Source: Acidimicrobiales bacterium
Lineage (GTDB): Bacteria > Actinomycetota > Acidimicrobiia > Acidimicrobiales > SZUA-35
Length of the DNA stretch: 64,000 nt
Reading direction: 5' to 3'
Assembly (NCBI GenBank): GCA_041394265.1
Contig: JAWKIO010000005.1
Span: 603,531 to 667,530 of the forward strand
The position numbers and the translations under genes are program-made. How positions within the stretch are numbered: the stretch's first letter is position 1; each line of letters starts with the position of its first letter. Below are positions 17,632-29,807 of this stretch, piece after piece. A model generated the notes under the pieces. That model ran no database searches. It had not been told where the DNA came from and saw nothing but the letters and a program-made list of their open reading frames with translations.

Positions 17632-18483
17632 ATGACACCACGCACCCATGTCCCCATCACCAACGGTCGGCTCGGCTATCGCTGTGTCGGCGACGGCCCC
17701 GACATCGTCTTCGTCCACGGATGGCCGCTCCATCGCGAGATCTGGGCCGAGGTCGCGGCGGCCCTTCCCGGCCATCGATGCCATCTCATCGACCTCCCCG
17801 GCGCCGGGGACTCGGTCATGGACGACGCCGTCGAACTCGGCTTCGACTCGCTGTTGCGAGGTCTCGGTGAAGCGATCGATGAGCTCAGTCTCGAGCGTTT
17901 CGCCGTCGTTGCGAGCGACTCGGGCGGGATGGTGGCCCGTCGTCTGGTTGCCGATCGGGGCGAGCAGGTGACCGCGCTCGTCTTGACCGGCACCGAGATT
18001 CCCAACGAACGGCCATGGCTCCTCCGCCTCTTTCTCGCCGTGAGCCGCCTCCCGTTTGCAGCAAGCTTGCTCCGGCTCAACCTCGGGACCAGGCTGCTGC
18101 TCCATTCGCCGCTCGTGCTCGGCGGTGCCTTCGACGACCGGTCGCTCATCGACGGCGCGTTCCACCGGTCGTTCGTGGAGCCGCTGCTCACCGATCGGTC
18201 GCTGATGAAGCGGCAGCTCGAGGTGCTGCGGTCCTATCGCTGGTCCGATGTGGATGCGCTGCTCGACGTTCACGCCAGGATCAGCGCGCCCACGCTGCTG
18301 TTGTGGGGAGCGAACGACCCGGTCTTTCCGGCCGACACGGCCCGCGGGATGCTCGACCAGTTCGCAGGCCCGGCCGCGTTCGAGTCGATCGAGCGGGGCA
18401 AGCTCTTCGCATTCGCCGAGTTTCCCGACCACTTCGCTGCGCGGGCAGCTGCCTTCCTCGCCAGTTCGGTTCGTGCCGTCTGA
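17632..18483 (+). CDS. Alpha/beta hydrolase (epoxide hydrolase / dehalogenase-like, Asp nucleophile)
   Basis: FVHGWP, IDLPGAGDS, SDSGG and LLWGAND motifs. Divergent from the XRE regulator. Confidence 0.85.
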   Translation: MTPRTHVPITNGRLGYRCVGDGPDIVFVHGWPLHREIWAEVAAALPGHRCHLIDLPGAGDSVMDDAVELGFDSLLRGLGEAIDELSLERFAVVASDSGGMVARRLVADRGEQVTALVLTGTEIPNERPWLLRLFLAVSRLPFAASLLRLNLGTRLLLHSPLVLGGAFDDRSLIDGAFHRSFVEPLLTDRSLMKRQLEVLRSYRWSDVDALLDVHARISAPTLLLWGANDPVFPADTARGMLDQFAGPAAFESIERGKLFAFAEFPDHFAARAAAFLASSVRAV

Positions 18484-18566
18484 GCCTGCCGCCCCGCCCG
18501 TCATTGCCGACAAATCTGCGCCAAACTGGTGCCCGTGACCTCGACCGTTCCCAGAAGGCTGCTCCG

Positions 18567-19760
18567 TTGACCGACACCATTCGCCTGGGTCGTGTCGCCG
18601 GGATCCCGGTCGGCATCCACTGGAGTGCGCTCGTCGTCGGTATCGCCGTGACGGTCCTGTTGGCGCTGCAGATCCTGCCGGGCGCCGATCGGAGCGCCAC
18701 CTCGACCGATCTCTGGATCGCCGCCGGCGCCGGCACGCTGCTGTTCTTCGTGTCACTCCTGGCCCACGAATTCGGGCATGCCATCATGGCCCGCCGCCAC
18801 GATGTCGGCGTCGCCGGGCTCACGCTCTGGGTGCTCGGAGGCATGGCCAAGCTGACCAGGCAGGCCCCGACCCCTCGGGCAGAGTTCCAGATTGCGATCG
18901 CGGGGCCGGCTGCGAATGCGATCGGTGGCCTGCTCTTCGGCGGACTGGCCTGGCTCCTCTACGGCAACGAGTACTGGCTACTCGGCGGGGCGGTATGCGT
19001 CTGGCTCGCAGCGGTCAACGTGCTGCTGGCGGTCACCAATCTGGCGCCCGGGTCGCCGCTCGACGGCGGCCGGGTGTTGGCCGCGTTCCTGTGGCGCCGA
19101 AACGGCAATGCCGAACGATCACGCCTGATCGCCGCCCGTCTCGGACTTGCGATGGGCCTTGGCATCGTGATCCTCGGTCTGGCCGAGGCGCTGTGGGTCG
19201 GACGGATCTCGGGCTACCTCACCATCGCGATCGGCGTGTTCGTCGCAGCGGCGGCGAAGAACGACATCGCCGGCGCCGCCGTGCGGGCCCGGCTCGATGC
19301 CATGCGGCTCGACGCCCTCATGGTCCGCCATCCCGTCGCCGTGCCCGACGGATCGACCGCCAAGCAGTTCCTCGACTGGAGCAACACCCAACCGATCCGC
19401 TCTGCCAACCCCGTCGTCCGCTGGGGCAACGAACCGCTCGGCTACCTGACCTCGTCGATGGCGGCCCAAGTGCCCGAAGCCGACCGGTCGTGGACCACGG
19501 TCGGCGGCATCATGCTTCCCGCTCACCTCACGCCGCGGGCGTGGGACTTCGAGTCGGTCGCCACCGTGCTCGACCGACTCGACGTGTCCCTGCCCTCGGT
19601 CATCGTCGTCCACGACCCTCGCACCCGGCAGCCGCTGGGCACAGTGAGCGACGACCAGATCGTCGCCCTGTTCGCGCCACCCGACTGGTGGGGGCGAGAC
19701 CGCACGCCGCCGATCGCCGCATTGCCGGCAACCGCTCCGGCACTCGTCGGCTCCCGCTGA
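18567..19760 (+). CDS. Site-2 protease (peptidase M50) with degenerate CBS-like C-terminus
   Basis: AHEFGH, AIAGP and NLAPGSPLDGGR motifs. TTG start at 18567. Confidence 0.9.
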   Translation: MTDTIRLGRVAGIPVGIHWSALVVGIAVTVLLALQILPGADRSATSTDLWIAAGAGTLLFFVSLLAHEFGHAIMARRHDVGVAGLTLWVLGGMAKLTRQAPTPRAEFQIAIAGPAANAIGGLLFGGLAWLLYGNEYWLLGGAVCVWLAAVNVLLAVTNLAPGSPLDGGRVLAAFLWRRNGNAERSRLIAARLGLAMGLGIVILGLAEALWVGRISGYLTIAIGVFVAAAAKNDIAGAAVRARLDAMRLDALMVRHPVAVPDGSTAKQFLDWSNTQPIRSANPVVRWGNEPLGYLTSSMAAQVPEADRSWTTVGGIMLPAHLTPRAWDFESVATVLDRLDVSLPSVIVVHDPRTRQPLGTVSDDQIVALFAPPDWWGRDRTPPIAALPATAPALVGSR

Positions 19761-19802
19761 GTTCCACCTCGCCGCAGGCACGCGCTCGCTAGCATCATCG
19801 GC

Positions 19803-21032
19803 GTGACGAGCGTCGAAGCCCCCAGTCGCGATCGACGCCGCCCGCCACCGTGGATTCGTCGTGCCATCATCACCTGGTGGTTGACCGGACTCGTCCTGGT
19901 CCTGGTCGTCCTCCTCGTACGCGAGCTGCAGAGTCTGCTGACCCAGATCGTGATGGCGCTGTTCCTGTCGTTCGCGATCGAGCCGGTGGTGGACAAGCTC
20001 GAGCGGCGCGGTGTGCGCCGCAGCCTGGCGTCGGTCCTGACCCTGCTGGGCGTCGTCGCTGCGATCATCGTGTTCCTGGCGATGATGGGCACCCTCATCG
20101 CCGACCAGCTCAACCAACTCGTCGACGAGCTGCCGGCGTACGTCGAGAGCGCACAGGAGTGGCTCGACTCCACGGTCGGGATCCAGGTGAGTGCCGACGA
20201 TCTCCTCGCTCAGCTGCAGCCCGGAGGCGAGGCATCCAAGTTCGCGAGCAACCTTGCCGGCGATCTCCTCGGCTTCGGCTCGACCATCGCCAACGTCTTG
20301 TTCCAGGTTCTCACCGTCACGATCTTCGCCTACTACTTCTCGGCCGACGGCCCGCGGCTGCGCCAGAGCGTCTGCTCGGTCTTCCCACCCGCTCGTCAGC
20401 ACGAGATCCTTCGGGTCTGGGAGCTGGCCATCACCAAGACCGGTGGCTACATCAGCTCTCGCATGATCCTGGCCGTCATCTCCGCGACGTTCCACTGGGT
20501 CGTGTTCCGCACACTCGGGTTGCCGTCGCCCATCGCCCTGGGCCTCTGGGTCGGCATCATCTCGCAGTTCATCCCGGCAATCGGCACCTACCTGGCCGGC
20601 ATCCTCCCGGTCCTCGTCGCCGTCGGTATCGAGCCCGCCAAGGCGCTGTGGGTCATTGGTGCGATCGTCGTCTACCAGCAAATCGAGAACTACGTCCTCC
20701 AGCCACGCATCACGGCCCAGACCCTCGATATGCACCCCGCGATCGCCATTGCGGTCGTGATCGGCGGCACCTCCCTGTTCGGGATCGCCGGTGCCCTGCT
20801 GTCGCTGCCGCTCTTTGCCACGGTCACGGCGTTCTCCACCGCCTACATCGAGCGGCACGAGCTGGTCGAGAACCGACTCGTTGATCAGCGGGGGCGACCC
20901 GGCGACCCCACCGGCCGATCCGACGACGCGCCCACCAGCCTCGGCGACGTGCTCGGCGCTTCCCTCACCCCCGACGCCGGCCCCGATGGCGGTGGAACAG
21001 CGAACGACGACGAAGGGTTGGATCAGCCATGA
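19803..21032 (+). CDS. AI-2E (PerM) family transporter
   Basis: Multi-TM protein with QFIPAIG, QQIENYVLQPRI and HP motifs. Confidence 0.9.
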   Translation: MTSVEAPSRDRRRPPPWIRRAIITWWLTGLVLVLVVLLVRELQSLLTQIVMALFLSFAIEPVVDKLERRGVRRSLASVLTLLGVVAAIIVFLAMMGTLIADQLNQLVDELPAYVESAQEWLDSTVGIQVSADDLLAQLQPGGEASKFASNLAGDLLGFGSTIANVLFQVLTVTIFAYYFSADGPRLRQSVCSVFPPARQHEILRVWELAITKTGGYISSRMILAVISATFHWVVFRTLGLPSPIALGLWVGIISQFIPAIGTYLAGILPVLVAVGIEPAKALWVIGAIVVYQQIENYVLQPRITAQTLDMHPAIAIAVVIGGTSLFGIAGALLSLPLFATVTAFSTAYIERHELVENRLVDQRGRPGDPTGRSDDAPTSLGDVLGASLTPDAGPDGGGTANDDEGLDQP

Positions 21033-21304
21033 CCGCAAGCGCCGATACCCCGACCGTCGAGTTCTACTGGCGACCGGGTTGCCCGTTCTGCATGCTCCTG
21101 GAACGGTCGCTCAAGAAGAAGCGCATCCCCTTCACCAAGAAGAACATCTGGGACGACGCGGCGCATGCTGCGGTGGTCCGATCGCTCGCGAACGGGAACG
21201 AGACCGTGCCCACCGTCGTCGTCGGTAGCTGGTTCGGGGTCAATCCGTCAGCCAAGGACGTCGTTGCTGCCATCTCGACCGAGGCGCCGGAACTTCTTTG
21301 CTAA
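21029..21304 (+). CDS. Mycoredoxin / glutaredoxin-like protein
   Basis: WRPGCPFC and NGNETVPTV motifs. Confidence 0.88.
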   Translation: MTASADTPTVEFYWRPGCPFCMLLERSLKKKRIPFTKKNIWDDAAHAAVVRSLANGNETVPTVVVGSWFGVNPSAKDVVAAISTEAPELLC

Positions 21305-21481
21305 ACCTTGACGAAGCTGGTCCATCTACGGTCTGAGCTGCCCATATCGGACGAGTTCGAACGGATCCGAACGGTCACGCCCTGTACACGATTCGATTTT
21401 GCAATATGATCGGTCGACTCAACTGGCGGCTCCGGCGGCCGATGGAGTCACCACCGCAGCCCAGCACATTGGAGATTCACC

Positions 21482-21721
21482 GTGTCGCAAGACAACGGAA
21501 GAAAAGCGCTTCATGCTTACGTCAGTGATGACGCCCATGACCAGTGGCATGGCTTCGCCGCCGAGCAAGGCGTCAGTGTCAGCGCCATTCTCGAGGCGCT
21601 GGCCCCGGAACTGATCGTCGACGACGAGCCGGCCGACGGCGAGAAGCTGAGCGAACGCCTCGACACCGTGATCCGCGCCGCCCGTCGCATCGACGCCGAG
21701 CGTCGCCGCCGCCGCCGCTGA
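21482..21721 (+). CDS. Small ribbon-helix-helix-like protein with poly-Arg tail
   Basis: RBS ggag. Pattern strand ALHAYV, helix, GVSVS, helix. Paralog at 52122-52355. Confidence 0.7.
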   Translation: MSQDNGRKALHAYVSDDAHDQWHGFAAEQGVSVSAILEALAPELIVDDEPADGEKLSERLDTVIRAARRIDAERRRRRR

Positions 21722-21728
21722 CCCCAAC

Positions 21729-21754
21729 GCCTCGTATCGGTCCCGATTCGAGGC
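21729..21754 (+). terminator. Hairpin after the RHH-like gene
   Basis: gcctcg-t-atcgg...ccgat-t-cgaggc stem with one mismatch and no U-tract. Confidence 0.4.
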
Positions 21755-21947
21755 AGCACAGCCCACCGTCACTCGCCCCACGGCGAACGACCCCCACCTG
21801 GTCGGTCCGAAGCACTTCGGCCGGCCATTTTCACGTTCGACGTTCGCGCAGGCTGTGGCGCGATTGCCACGAGATGCGCCCGCAGCGGCGCTTCGGTTCG
21901 CTACCGTCTGACCCGCTGCTTGCCCGCGCAGCCGAAAGGAGACGGAC

Positions 21948-24377
<2,430 letters not shown>

Positions 24378-24392
24378 GAAAGTAGCTCGCAC

Positions 24393-26417
24393 ATGGCAAC
24401 GAAGAAGAACGACTACAACGCAACGCACATCCAGGTCCTCGAGGGCCTCGAAGCGGTGCGCAAGCGCCCCGGCATGTACATCGGTGGCACCGGGACCGAC
24501 GGCCTGCACCACCTGGTCTGGGAGATCATCGACAACGGCGTCGACGAGGCCGCCGCCGGTTTCGCGTCCCACATCGAGGTCGTGCTGCACCGCGACGGCT
24601 CCATCGAGGTGAGCGACGACGGCCGCGGTATCCCCATTGACAAGAAGCCCGACGGCCGTACCGCCCTCGAAATCGTGTTCACCGAGCTCCACGCTGGCGG
24701 CAAGTTCGGCTCCGGTGCCTACAACTCCTCCGGCGGTCTCCACGGTGTGGGCGCGTCGGTCGTCAACGCGCTGGCGTCCAAACTCGTTGCCGAGGTCGAC
24801 CGCGACGGCGCCACCTGGCGGCTGTGCTTCGAGGCCCGCGTGCCGGGCAACTACCTGAAGAACGGCACGTTCAAGGAAACGTCGACCCTCGCCAAGGTCA
24901 AGGAGATCCCCAAGAGCCGAACCGGTACCCGAGTTCGCTACTGGCCCGATCTCGACATCTTCGATCCCGACGCCGCACTCGAATACCAGCGGGTGCGCGA
25001 CCACGTGGCTCGGGTCTGCTTCCTCGTCCCCGGGTTGCACATCAAGCTCCACGACCGCCGCACTCCCGGCATCGAGCCCGAGGAGTTCATCGCCGCCGGC
25101 GGCCTCGCCGACTACGTCGACTATCTGTCGATCGGCGAGAACATCACCGACATCGTCACCGTCCACCAAGAGGCCAGCTTCGAAGAGAAGGTCCCGGTCG
25201 ACGGCAAGATGACCGACGTCATGCGGCCGTGCACGGTGGACGTCGCGATGCGCTGGGTCAAGGGCTACGACTCGACCATCGTCAGCTTCGTCAATACGAT
25301 TCCCACGTCCGAGGGCGGCACCCACGTGAAGGGGTTCGAACGGGCCCTGTCGTTCGTCGCCAACGATCTGCTGCTCGGCGATGCCAAGAAGCTGAAGAAG
25401 CTCGCCAAGGACGGCAACGACAAGGCCACGCCGTCCGACGTGCAGGAAGGTCTCGTCGCTGCCATCAAGGTGACATTCCCCGAGCCTCAGTTCAAGGGTC
25501 AGACCAAGCAGGAACTCGGTACCCCGGCCGCCCAGAAGATCGTCTACGACGCCGTGAAGGCGGGCTTCGGCGATTGGGCCAGCGGCGGCGGCAAGAAGGT
25601 CCAGGTCAACGCACTCAAGGACAAGATGACCCAGGCGGTCCTCAACCGGGTGCTGGCCAAGCAGCAGCTCGAAACCCGCCGCAAGGCCGCCAACCTCGGC
25701 AACAACGGCATGCCCGACAAGCTGGCCGACTGCCGCAACCACGGCCCCGACTCCGAACTGCTGATCGTGGAGGGCAACTCGGCGGCCGGACCGGCCAAAG
25801 CCGGGCGCGACGCCGAGATCATGGCGGTGCTCCCCTTGCGGGGCAAGGTCGTCAACGCCGGCAAAGCATCACTCAAGCAGGTGCTCGACAACGCCGAGGC
25901 GCAAGCCCTCATCACCGCCATCGGCGCCGGCAGTGGGCGCGACTTCGATCTCGCCTCGGCCCGGTACGGCCGCATCATCATCCTGTGCGACGCCGACGTC
26001 GACGGCAGCCATATCCGCTGTCTGCTGCTCACGCTGATCTACCACCACATGCGCCCGCTCCTCGAGCACGGCATGGTCTACGCGGCGCAGCCACCGCTCT
26101 TCGGTGTGAAGTGGCGGGGCGAGCAGATCTACGCCTTCGACGAGGCCGAGCGCGATCGCATCGGCGCCGAGAAGAACATCGATCCTGGCCGCTGGCAGCG
26201 ATTCAAGGGTCTCGGCGAGATGAACGTCGACGAGCTGGCGGAGACCACGCTCAACCCCGACACTCGAGTCCTCAAACGCATGGGCATGGCGCACGGTGAA
26301 GAGGCCGTTCGCGCCGCCGAGCTGTTCGACGTGCTGATGGGGTCCGATGTGTCGACCCGAAAGGACTACATCATCGGCAACTCCGACCTGATCGACAAGG
26401 ACCTGCTCGACGTCTGA
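24393..26417 (+). CDS. parE: Type IIA topoisomerase subunit B (ParE/GyrB family)
   Basis: EAVRKRPGMYIG, GGLHGVG, EGNSA, PLRGK, DADVDG and RFKGLGEM motifs. The parE label is inferred from the partner subunit. Confidence 0.9.
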   Translation: MATKKNDYNATHIQVLEGLEAVRKRPGMYIGGTGTDGLHHLVWEIIDNGVDEAAAGFASHIEVVLHRDGSIEVSDDGRGIPIDKKPDGRTALEIVFTELHAGGKFGSGAYNSSGGLHGVGASVVNALASKLVAEVDRDGATWRLCFEARVPGNYLKNGTFKETSTLAKVKEIPKSRTGTRVRYWPDLDIFDPDAALEYQRVRDHVARVCFLVPGLHIKLHDRRTPGIEPEEFIAAGGLADYVDYLSIGENITDIVTVHQEASFEEKVPVDGKMTDVMRPCTVDVAMRWVKGYDSTIVSFVNTIPTSEGGTHVKGFERALSFVANDLLLGDAKKLKKLAKDGNDKATPSDVQEGLVAAIKVTFPEPQFKGQTKQELGTPAAQKIVYDAVKAGFGDWASGGGKKVQVNALKDKMTQAVLNRVLAKQQLETRRKAANLGNNGMPDKLADCRNHGPDSELLIVEGNSAAGPAKAGRDAEIMAVLPLRGKVVNAGKASLKQVLDNAEAQALITAIGAGSGRDFDLASARYGRIIILCDADVDGSHIRCLLLTLIYHHMRPLLEHGMVYAAQPPLFGVKWRGEQIYAFDEAERDRIGAEKNIDPGRWQRFKGLGEMNVDELAETTLNPDTRVLKRMGMAHGEEAVRAAELFDVLMGSDVSTRKDYIIGNSDLIDKDLLDV

Positions 26418-26437
26418 AGTCTGACGTCTGATGTCTG
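26411..26437. repeat. 7-bp microsatellite (N-GTCTGA) x4 overlapping the subunit B stop codon
   Basis: cgtctga agtctga cgtctga tgtctg. Confidence 0.6.
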
Positions 26438-26487
26438 CGTGGCCGCCAAACGAGGCACGCACCGGGTCGTCGTGGCACACTGAGGCG

Positions 26488-26655
26488 ATGGGCTGGCTCG
26501 ACAAGATCATGTTCTGGCGGAAGCCGAACCACGAATCGATCATCGAACACGTCGAGGGTTACGAGGTCGACGGTTGCTTCACCCTCCCGGGCGCCCGGCT
26601 GCCCGATATCGAGCCGGTCGGCGGCACCAACGAGGAGCGCGACGACAACTGCTGA
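26488..26655 (+). CDS. Hypothetical small protein (55 aa)
   Basis: RBS gagg before ATG. MGWLDKIMFWRK amphipathic start; codon usage fits the genome. Confidence 0.45.
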   Translation: MGWLDKIMFWRKPNHESIIEHVEGYEVDGCFTLPGARLPDIEPVGGTNEERDDNC

Positions 26656-26676
26656 CCTGCGCCGATTGGCGCCGGC

Positions 26677-27669
26677 TCAGTGGTCGTGGTGCTCGTGCAG
26701 TTCGGTGGGTCGGATCCCGAGCTGCTTGGCTCGCTGCAGGCTGAAGACGATGGCGGCGACCAGCATCGTGGCGATGATCGCCAACGACACGTACGTGTTG
26801 AGGTGATACCAGTGCGAGATCGTCATCTTGATGCCGACGAAGATCAGGATCGCCCCGAGACCATGGGACAGGTAGTGGAACTGCTCCCGAGCGTTGGCCA
26901 AAAGGAAGTACATGGCTCGCAGGCCGAGGATCGCGAACGCATTCGAGGCGAACACGATGTATGGCTCGTGTGACACAGCGAGGATCGCAGGCACCGAGTC
27001 GACGGCGAAGATGACGTCGGTCAGCTCGATCACGACCAGCGCCGCGAGCAGCGGCGTGGCGGCCCGCTTGCCGTTGAGCGTGGTGAAGAACTTCTGGCCG
27101 TCGAGTTCGTGGCTGACGGGCATGAGCTTCTCGAGGGTGGCCATTCCTCGCACGCTCGCGTCCTCCCCCTCGTCTTCCCGGTGGCGCAGAATCTTGAAAC
27201 CGGTGAAGATCAAGAACACGCCGAAGATCAGCAGCACCCACCAGAAGGCCGAGATGAGCGCACTGCCGGCGGCGATGAAGATGCCCCGCAGGGTCAGTGC
27301 GCCGAAGATGCCCCAGAACAGGACCCGATGTTGATACTTGATCGGGATCGACATGGTGGTGAACAGCAGCGACCAGACGAAGACGTTGTCGACGCTGAGC
27401 GACTTCTCGATCAAGTAACCGCTGATGTACTCACCGAACACCTGGCCGCCGTGCACGAGGAAGAGGAAGACGCCGAACGCCACCCCGGTCATCACCCAGA
27501 CCAACGACTCGATCAGCGCTTCGCGCTGTGTCGGCGCATGGGCCTCACGGTGGCGGTACAGGTCGATGCCGAGCATCACGGCGACGACGACGGCCAGGGC
27601 GATCCAGTCGCTGGCCGGCACGTCGATCGACGCGAAGTTGGAGCGGGACGACTCGGCGGCGAGGAGCAT
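26677..27669 (-). CDS. TerC/Alx family metal homeostasis membrane protein
   Basis: EKSLSVDNVFV, FAVDSVPAI and SNAFAILGLR motifs. Confidence 0.93.
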   Translation of the reverse strand: MLLAAESSRSNFASIDVPASDWIALAVVVAVMLGIDLYRHREAHAPTQREALIESLVWVMTGVAFGVFLFLVHGGQVFGEYISGYLIEKSLSVDNVFVWSLLFTTMSIPIKYQHRVLFWGIFGALTLRGIFIAAGSALISAFWWVLLIFGVFLIFTGFKILRHREDEGEDASVRGMATLEKLMPVSHELDGQKFFTTLNGKRAATPLLAALVVIELTDVIFAVDSVPAILAVSHEPYIVFASNAFAILGLRAMYFLLANAREQFHYLSHGLGAILIFVGIKMTISHWYHLNTYVSLAIIATMLVAAIVFSLQRAKQLGIRPTELHEHHDH

Positions 27670-27698
27670 CGCGTGATTGTGGCAGCAGATTTGCGCAA

Positions 27699-29807
27699 TC
27701 AGCGATCGGGGCGCTCGTTGTTTTCGGCGGCCGCGACGAGCGAGGGCGGCAGCGGGCGCGCATGCACGATGCCCAGGTGCTGCACCGGACGGGTCATCGC
27801 CACATAGAGCCGCAACAGACCGGCGTCGAGTTCGGCGATCGCCGCCGGCTCGACGACGACGACGGCATCGAACTCGAGCCCCTTCACCGCATCCGGATCG
27901 ATCAGCGCCACCGCTGCGGCGCCCGGCAACGAGCCGCGCCCAACCCGGTCATGAGGAATCTCAGCCGACTCGAGCGCAGCGGCAACGAGTTCGAGGTCGG
28001 CGTCGACGGCGATGACCGCCAGGCTCTCGGTCTGCTCCCGCAGCACCGCAACCTCCTCGACGACGCTCGGACCGAGGTGGTCGCTCGTCGTCGACACGAT
28101 CAGCGGATCGGTACCCCCGGGCCGGATCGATCGGGTCGGGGTGATCTCGGGGGTTGCGACGGGTAGCAGCCGGTTCGCCAGGTCGAGAATGCTCGCCGGG
28201 ACGCGGTAGCCGACGGTCAGTTCGACCACTCGAGCGTTCTCGTCGCCCCGCTGTTCGCTGAGCAGCTCGATCGATCGCTCCCAGCTACGAACGGCGACGG
28301 GGCTCGTGGCCTGGGCGAGGTCGCCGAGAATGGTCATCGATCCGCGTTCGGCCCGGCGAGCGAGCAGTCGAAGGTTCATCGCCGAGTGGTCCTGCGCCTC
28401 GTCGACCACGAGGTGTCCGTAGGTGGTCGGCACCCCAACGGTACGGTCGACCACTTCATCGATCACACCGAGATCGGCTGCGGTCCACCGCTCGTCGGTT
28501 GCCTTCTTGGTCGCCGTTCGGGCCAGCTGGACGATTTCGTCAGGATCGAGGACACCCTTGGCCGCCGCAGCAAGCTTGCGCTTCGAGCTGTACATCTCAC
28601 GCACGACGACCGGGGCGGAGAACGCCGGCCAGCTCCGGTCGAAGTCCTTCTTGAACTGGGCGTCACGGTTGACCCCGGCGACGAAACCGGGCTGGCCACC
28701 CGGGTCGACACCCGGTCGCTCACTGTGCCGACGCCACGCCTCCTGGACGATCATCTGGCGGAAGATGTCACGGGCGGCGTTGAGCGGCAATCGTCGTGCC
28801 AACGCCGTCTTCTGCAGCTGCTCGATATCGACGGCATCGAAGCGGATCACCGCGACCCCTGAACGCAACTCGAACCCCTCGGCAGGCACCGAGATCTTGG
28901 CCATCAGGAAGCGATCGATGACCTCGACCATGCGACGGTCGCCCTTCACCACTGCGACGGCGTCGGGGTCGACGGCTCGCACCGGGTAGCGAGCAGCCAT
29001 GAGCCCGGGCACGGTGGCTTGCACCACCGCCGACTCGCCGAGTGAGGGCAGCACGTCGGCGATGTAGCGGAGGAAGAGCGGGTTCGGTCCGACGACGAGA
29101 ATCTTGCGCTCCTCGAGATGATGGCGATGCTGGAAGAGCAGGAAGGCCGCCCGGTGGAGACCGACGGCGGTCTTCCCCGTTCCCGGTCCGCCCTGGACCA
29201 CCAGGAGTTCGTCGAGATCGGCGCGGATGATCTCGTCCTGCTCGGCCGCGATCGTGGCGACGATGTCTCGCATCTGCCCGCTGCGAGCCCGTTCCAGTTC
29301 GGCGAGCAGCGGATCGGGCAGACCGCCGTGGCTGTCACCGTCGGGATCGGTCAGGTCCTCGTCGAACACGGCGACGAGCGTGCGATCGTCGAGGCTGAAG
29401 CGACGGCGGTTGGTGAGTCCGCAGGGATCGACACTGGTCGCTCGGTAGAACGGTGCCGACACCGGCGCTCGCCAGTCGACGACGACCGGATCGCCACCGG
29501 CGTCTTCCACGTGGCGGCGGCCGATGTACCAGTGGTCGCCGGGAGATCCGACACGCACCGGCTCCTCGTCGATCCGACCGAAGCTGAGCGGACCGGATCC
29601 CGCAGAAAGCTCGGCCTCGCGCTTGCGAAGATGCCACTGGGCGATGCGAGCGTCGGCGGTGTTCTCGTCTCGGACCGCTCGATCGGTGACTTCGCGCGCC
29701 GCACGAGCTCGCAACAACATCGCATCGAGGCAGGCGTAGGCGTGGTCGATGACGAGCTGTTCGCTGGCGATGAGTGGGTCGGGCGCGTCGGCCAAAGACT
29801 CACTCAT
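27699..29807 (-). CDS. helD: HelD-family RNA polymerase recycling ATPase (UvrD-like)
   Basis: YIGRR, VVDWRAP, MRDIVATI..EQD.IIR, QGGPGTGKT, VVDEAQD and KGLEFD motifs. Confidence 0.88.
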   Translation of the reverse strand: MSESLADAPDPLIASEQLVIDHAYACLDAMLLRARAAREVTDRAVRDENTADARIAQWHLRKREAELSAGSGPLSFGRIDEEPVRVGSPGDHWYIGRRHVEDAGGDPVVVDWRAPVSAPFYRATSVDPCGLTNRRRFSLDDRTLVAVFDEDLTDPDGDSHGGLPDPLLAELERARSGQMRDIVATIAAEQDEIIRADLDELLVVQGGPGTGKTAVGLHRAAFLLFQHRHHLEERKILVVGPNPLFLRYIADVLPSLGESAVVQATVPGLMAARYPVRAVDPDAVAVVKGDRRMVEVIDRFLMAKISVPAEGFELRSGVAVIRFDAVDIEQLQKTALARRLPLNAARDIFRQMIVQEAWRRHSERPGVDPGGQPGFVAGVNRDAQFKKDFDRSWPAFSAPVVVREMYSSKRKLAAAAKGVLDPDEIVQLARTATKKATDERWTAADLGVIDEVVDRTVGVPTTYGHLVVDEAQDHSAMNLRLLARRAERGSMTILGDLAQATSPVAVRSWERSIELLSEQRGDENARVVELTVGYRVPASILDLANRLLPVATPEITPTRSIRPGGTDPLIVSTTSDHLGPSVVEEVAVLREQTESLAVIAVDADLELVAAALESAEIPHDRVGRGSLPGAAAVALIDPDAVKGLEFDAVVVVEPAAIAELDAGLLRLYVAMTRPVQHLGIVHARPLPPSLVAAAENNERPDR

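Noticed and set aside
21482-21721. RHH antitoxin of a type II toxin-antitoxin pair
   Set aside because: No adjacent toxin-sized ORF with a RelE/ParE, PIN or MazF pattern at either paralog.
27670-27698. yybP-ykoY Mn riboswitch upstream of TerC/Alx
   Set aside because: Only 29 bp separate the helD stop from the TerC start, which is too short, and no motif was seen.
27699-29807. HelR rifamycin-resistance gene
   Set aside because: The start overlaps the upstream gene and no rifamycin-associated element is visible. Kept as generic HelD.
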